The position numbers and the translations under genes were made by a program. The notes beneath the pieces are model-generated. The model ran no database searches. It had not been told where the DNA came from and saw nothing but the letters and a program-made list of their open reading frames with translations. A DNA stretch of 64,000 nt from Mobula hypostoma (lineage: Eukaryota), in NCBI RefSeq assembly GCF_963921235.1, contig NC_086097.1:55120001-55184000 (forward strand), in the 5' to 3' direction. Position 1 is the first letter of the stretch, and every line of letters starts with the position of its first letter. Positions 61,673 to 64,000 of this stretch are shown here, piece after piece.

Positions 61673-62145
61673 GAGACAAAAGGAGGGAGGAGAAGATGGA
61701 GGTGCGATGCAGTGCGTGCGGCCGTTCGGAATGAATATCGTATGTGTAACTAGGGGGGCCGTGCACAATCCGGATTTGATGGAGACAGCTGTGAGAGTAT
61801 GGAGGAACACCTGGAGTAACTTCTGAAATGCCTGCTTTTCTCCCGCTGCTACTGTGCGATCGAGAACCTCTAGAGACGAAGGCCCCAAATCCTCGGCTTT
61901 GCCTATTGCTTGTTGCCGGGGCTGGGGTCAGAACGCTTGGCAGAGATGGTGCTCGGTGTCGGTTAGGTGGTTGGAGGCTTGGAGTTTTCGGACGGACTCA
62001 GAGTCGGACTGTGGTCGGATGCTTCCGGGATGCTGCATCAGCAATTTGGCGGCGCTGGAGGTTTACCATCTGCATGAGATGATGGGACTTTCGAGAAACT
62101 TTGAGATTTTACCGTGCCATGGTCTGTTCTTATCAAATTACGGTA

Positions 62146-62815
62146 CAGGTTTCCCCCGCCATCCGAAGGTAGAGCGTTCCTATGAAACGGTTCGTAAGCC
62201 GGAATGTCGTAAAGCGAAGAAGCAATTACCATTTATTTATATGGGAAAATTTTGGGAGCGTTCGCAGACCCAAAAATAACCTAGCAAATCATGCCAAGTA
62301 ACACATAAAACCTAAAATAACAGTAACATGTAGTAAAAGCAGGAATGATATGATGAATACACAGCCTATATAAAGTAGAAATACTTTTCCACAATCATTG
62401 CGCACTGTTCTCCGTAGCAAAAATCTCACGCAAGCGCTCTCGGCAAAAACACGGCACAAGCGCTGTCCAGTAACCTTTAAGCTATGAAGCTGCCAAATCA
62501 TACCAAATAACACGTAAAAATACACAGCCTATATAAAGTAGAAATAATGTATGTACAGTGTAGTATCACTTACAGGAATCGGGAAGACAGCGCCGAGCAC
62601 ACTGATGATGATGTGTGAGGCTGAGTCGTCGGAGGTTGGGGTGGTGCAGTGGCCCCCACCCTCCGGGCAGCGACCCGATACTGATCCGCGAAGCATGCAG
62701 GGGTATAGTGGTAGCCGGGATGCACACAGCACATCTTTAAGAAAAAAGCCGAAATGAACAAGCTAATTGATTAGGTGCCGCCTGGCACGTAATTGTCGAC
62801 CCAGATCAGAGACGA
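62146..62815. mobile_element. Tigger/pogo-like DNA transposon end
   Basis: TA|caggtttcccccgccatccgaagg terminus, repeated 'tcgtaa' subterminal motifs, and an internal direct repeat aatacacagcctatataaagtagaaata (about 62357 and 62519). Confidence 0.55.
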
Positions 62816-62819
62816 TTCG

Positions 62820-64000
62820 CCGTAACCCTCTATTTTTCTTTCATCCATGTGCCTATCCAAGAGGCTCTGAAATACCCCTAACGTTTTAGCCTCCATCACC
62901 ATCCCTGACAAGTCATTTCCAGGCACCCACAACCCTCTGTTTATAAAAGAAAAAACAACTTACCCCTGATGTCTCCCCTAAACTTCCCGCTTTAACTTTG
63001 TACATATGCCCTCTGGTGTTTGCTATTCATGCCCTGAGAAACAGGTACGGGCTATCCACCCTATCTATGCCTCTCATAATCTTGTAGACCTCTATCAAGT
63101 CCCCTCTCATCCTTCTACGCTCCAAAGAGAAAAGTCCCAACTCTTTAGAACTTGCCTCATAAGTCTTGTTTTCCAATCCAGGCAACATCCTGGTGAATCT
63201 CCTCTGCACCCTCTTCATAGCTTCCACATCCTTCCTATAATGAGGTGACCAGAACTGAACACAATACTCTTAAGTGTGGTCTCACCAGAGATTTGTAGAG
63301 TTCCAACATGACCTCTCTACTCATGAACTCAATCCCCCTATTCATGAAGCCGAGCATCCCATAGGCCTTCTTAACTATCCTATCAACCTGTGCAGCGACC
63401 TTGAGGGATGTATGGATTTGGACCCCAAGGTCCCTCTGTTCGTCCACACTCTTAAATAACCGACCATTAACCCTGTACTCAGCCTTCTGGTTTGTCCTTC
63501 CAAAATGCATCACCTCACACTTACCGGGATTGAACTCCATCTGCCACTTTCCTGCCCAACTCTGCATTCTGTCTATATCCTCTTGTAACCTTCAACATCC
63601 TACAGCTCCATCCACAACTCCTCCAATCTTCGTGTCATCTTCAAACTTACCCATCCTTCCACCTCTTCATCCAGGTCATTTATAAAAATCACAAAGAGCA
63701 GGAGTCCCAGGACAGATCCTTGCGGCACTCCACTCATCACCGACCTCCAGGCAGAATATTTTCCTTCCACTACTACCCTCTGCTTTCTTCCTTTAAGCCA
63801 ATTTTTTATCCAAACAGCCAAGGTTCCACTGATCCCATGCCTCATGGCTTTCTGGATGAGTCTCTCGTGGGGGACCTTGTCAAATGCCTTGCTAAAATCC
63901 ATGTAGACCACATCTACCACCCTACCCTCATCAATTTCTTTTGTTACCTCTTCAAAAAACTCAATTAGGCTCATGAGGCATGACCTTCCCTTCACAAAGC
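62820..64000 (-). mobile_element. CR1 LINE RT to 3' region (runs off the window)
   Basis: [67 protein letters not shown]. Confidence 0.93.

Noticed and set aside
23316..64000. Reverse transcriptase ORFs as a novel RT system (retron, DGR, group II intron)
   Set aside because: All RT motifs fit eukaryotic CR1, Rex1/Babar, RTE or Penelope families inside introns of a vertebrate gene, and all are broken by stops or frameshifts.

Overview
Eukaryotic genomic DNA, most likely from a cartilaginous fish (ray or shark). That assignment is inferred from the HE1/V-SINE-like, CR1, Rex1/Babar and Penelope repeat content. The window holds the 5' part of a kinectin gene (KTN1) on the + strand: a CpG-island promoter with a probable non-coding exon 1 (about 3.6-3.7 kb) and six coding exons with consistent GT-AG sites and phases (27405-60326). 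The gene continues beyond the window. The introns are filled with mostly decayed transposable elements: CR1, Rex1/Babar (one near full length), RTE, Nimb/I-clade, L2, Penelope-like elements (PLEs), Tc1, Tigger/pogo-like, hAT, SINEs and LTR-like pieces. The most notable unannotated signal is a set of minimal hammerhead ribozyme motifs (CUGAnGA-stem II-GAAA-CG-UH closed by an AGUC/GACU stem I) in the PLE terminal repeats. One copy is a 99-bp ribozyme-only insertion with a 14-bp target-site duplication (TSD), and every copy with an intact core lies antisense to KTN1. Element family names come from remembered motifs, not from database searches, and the boundaries of old elements are approximate.
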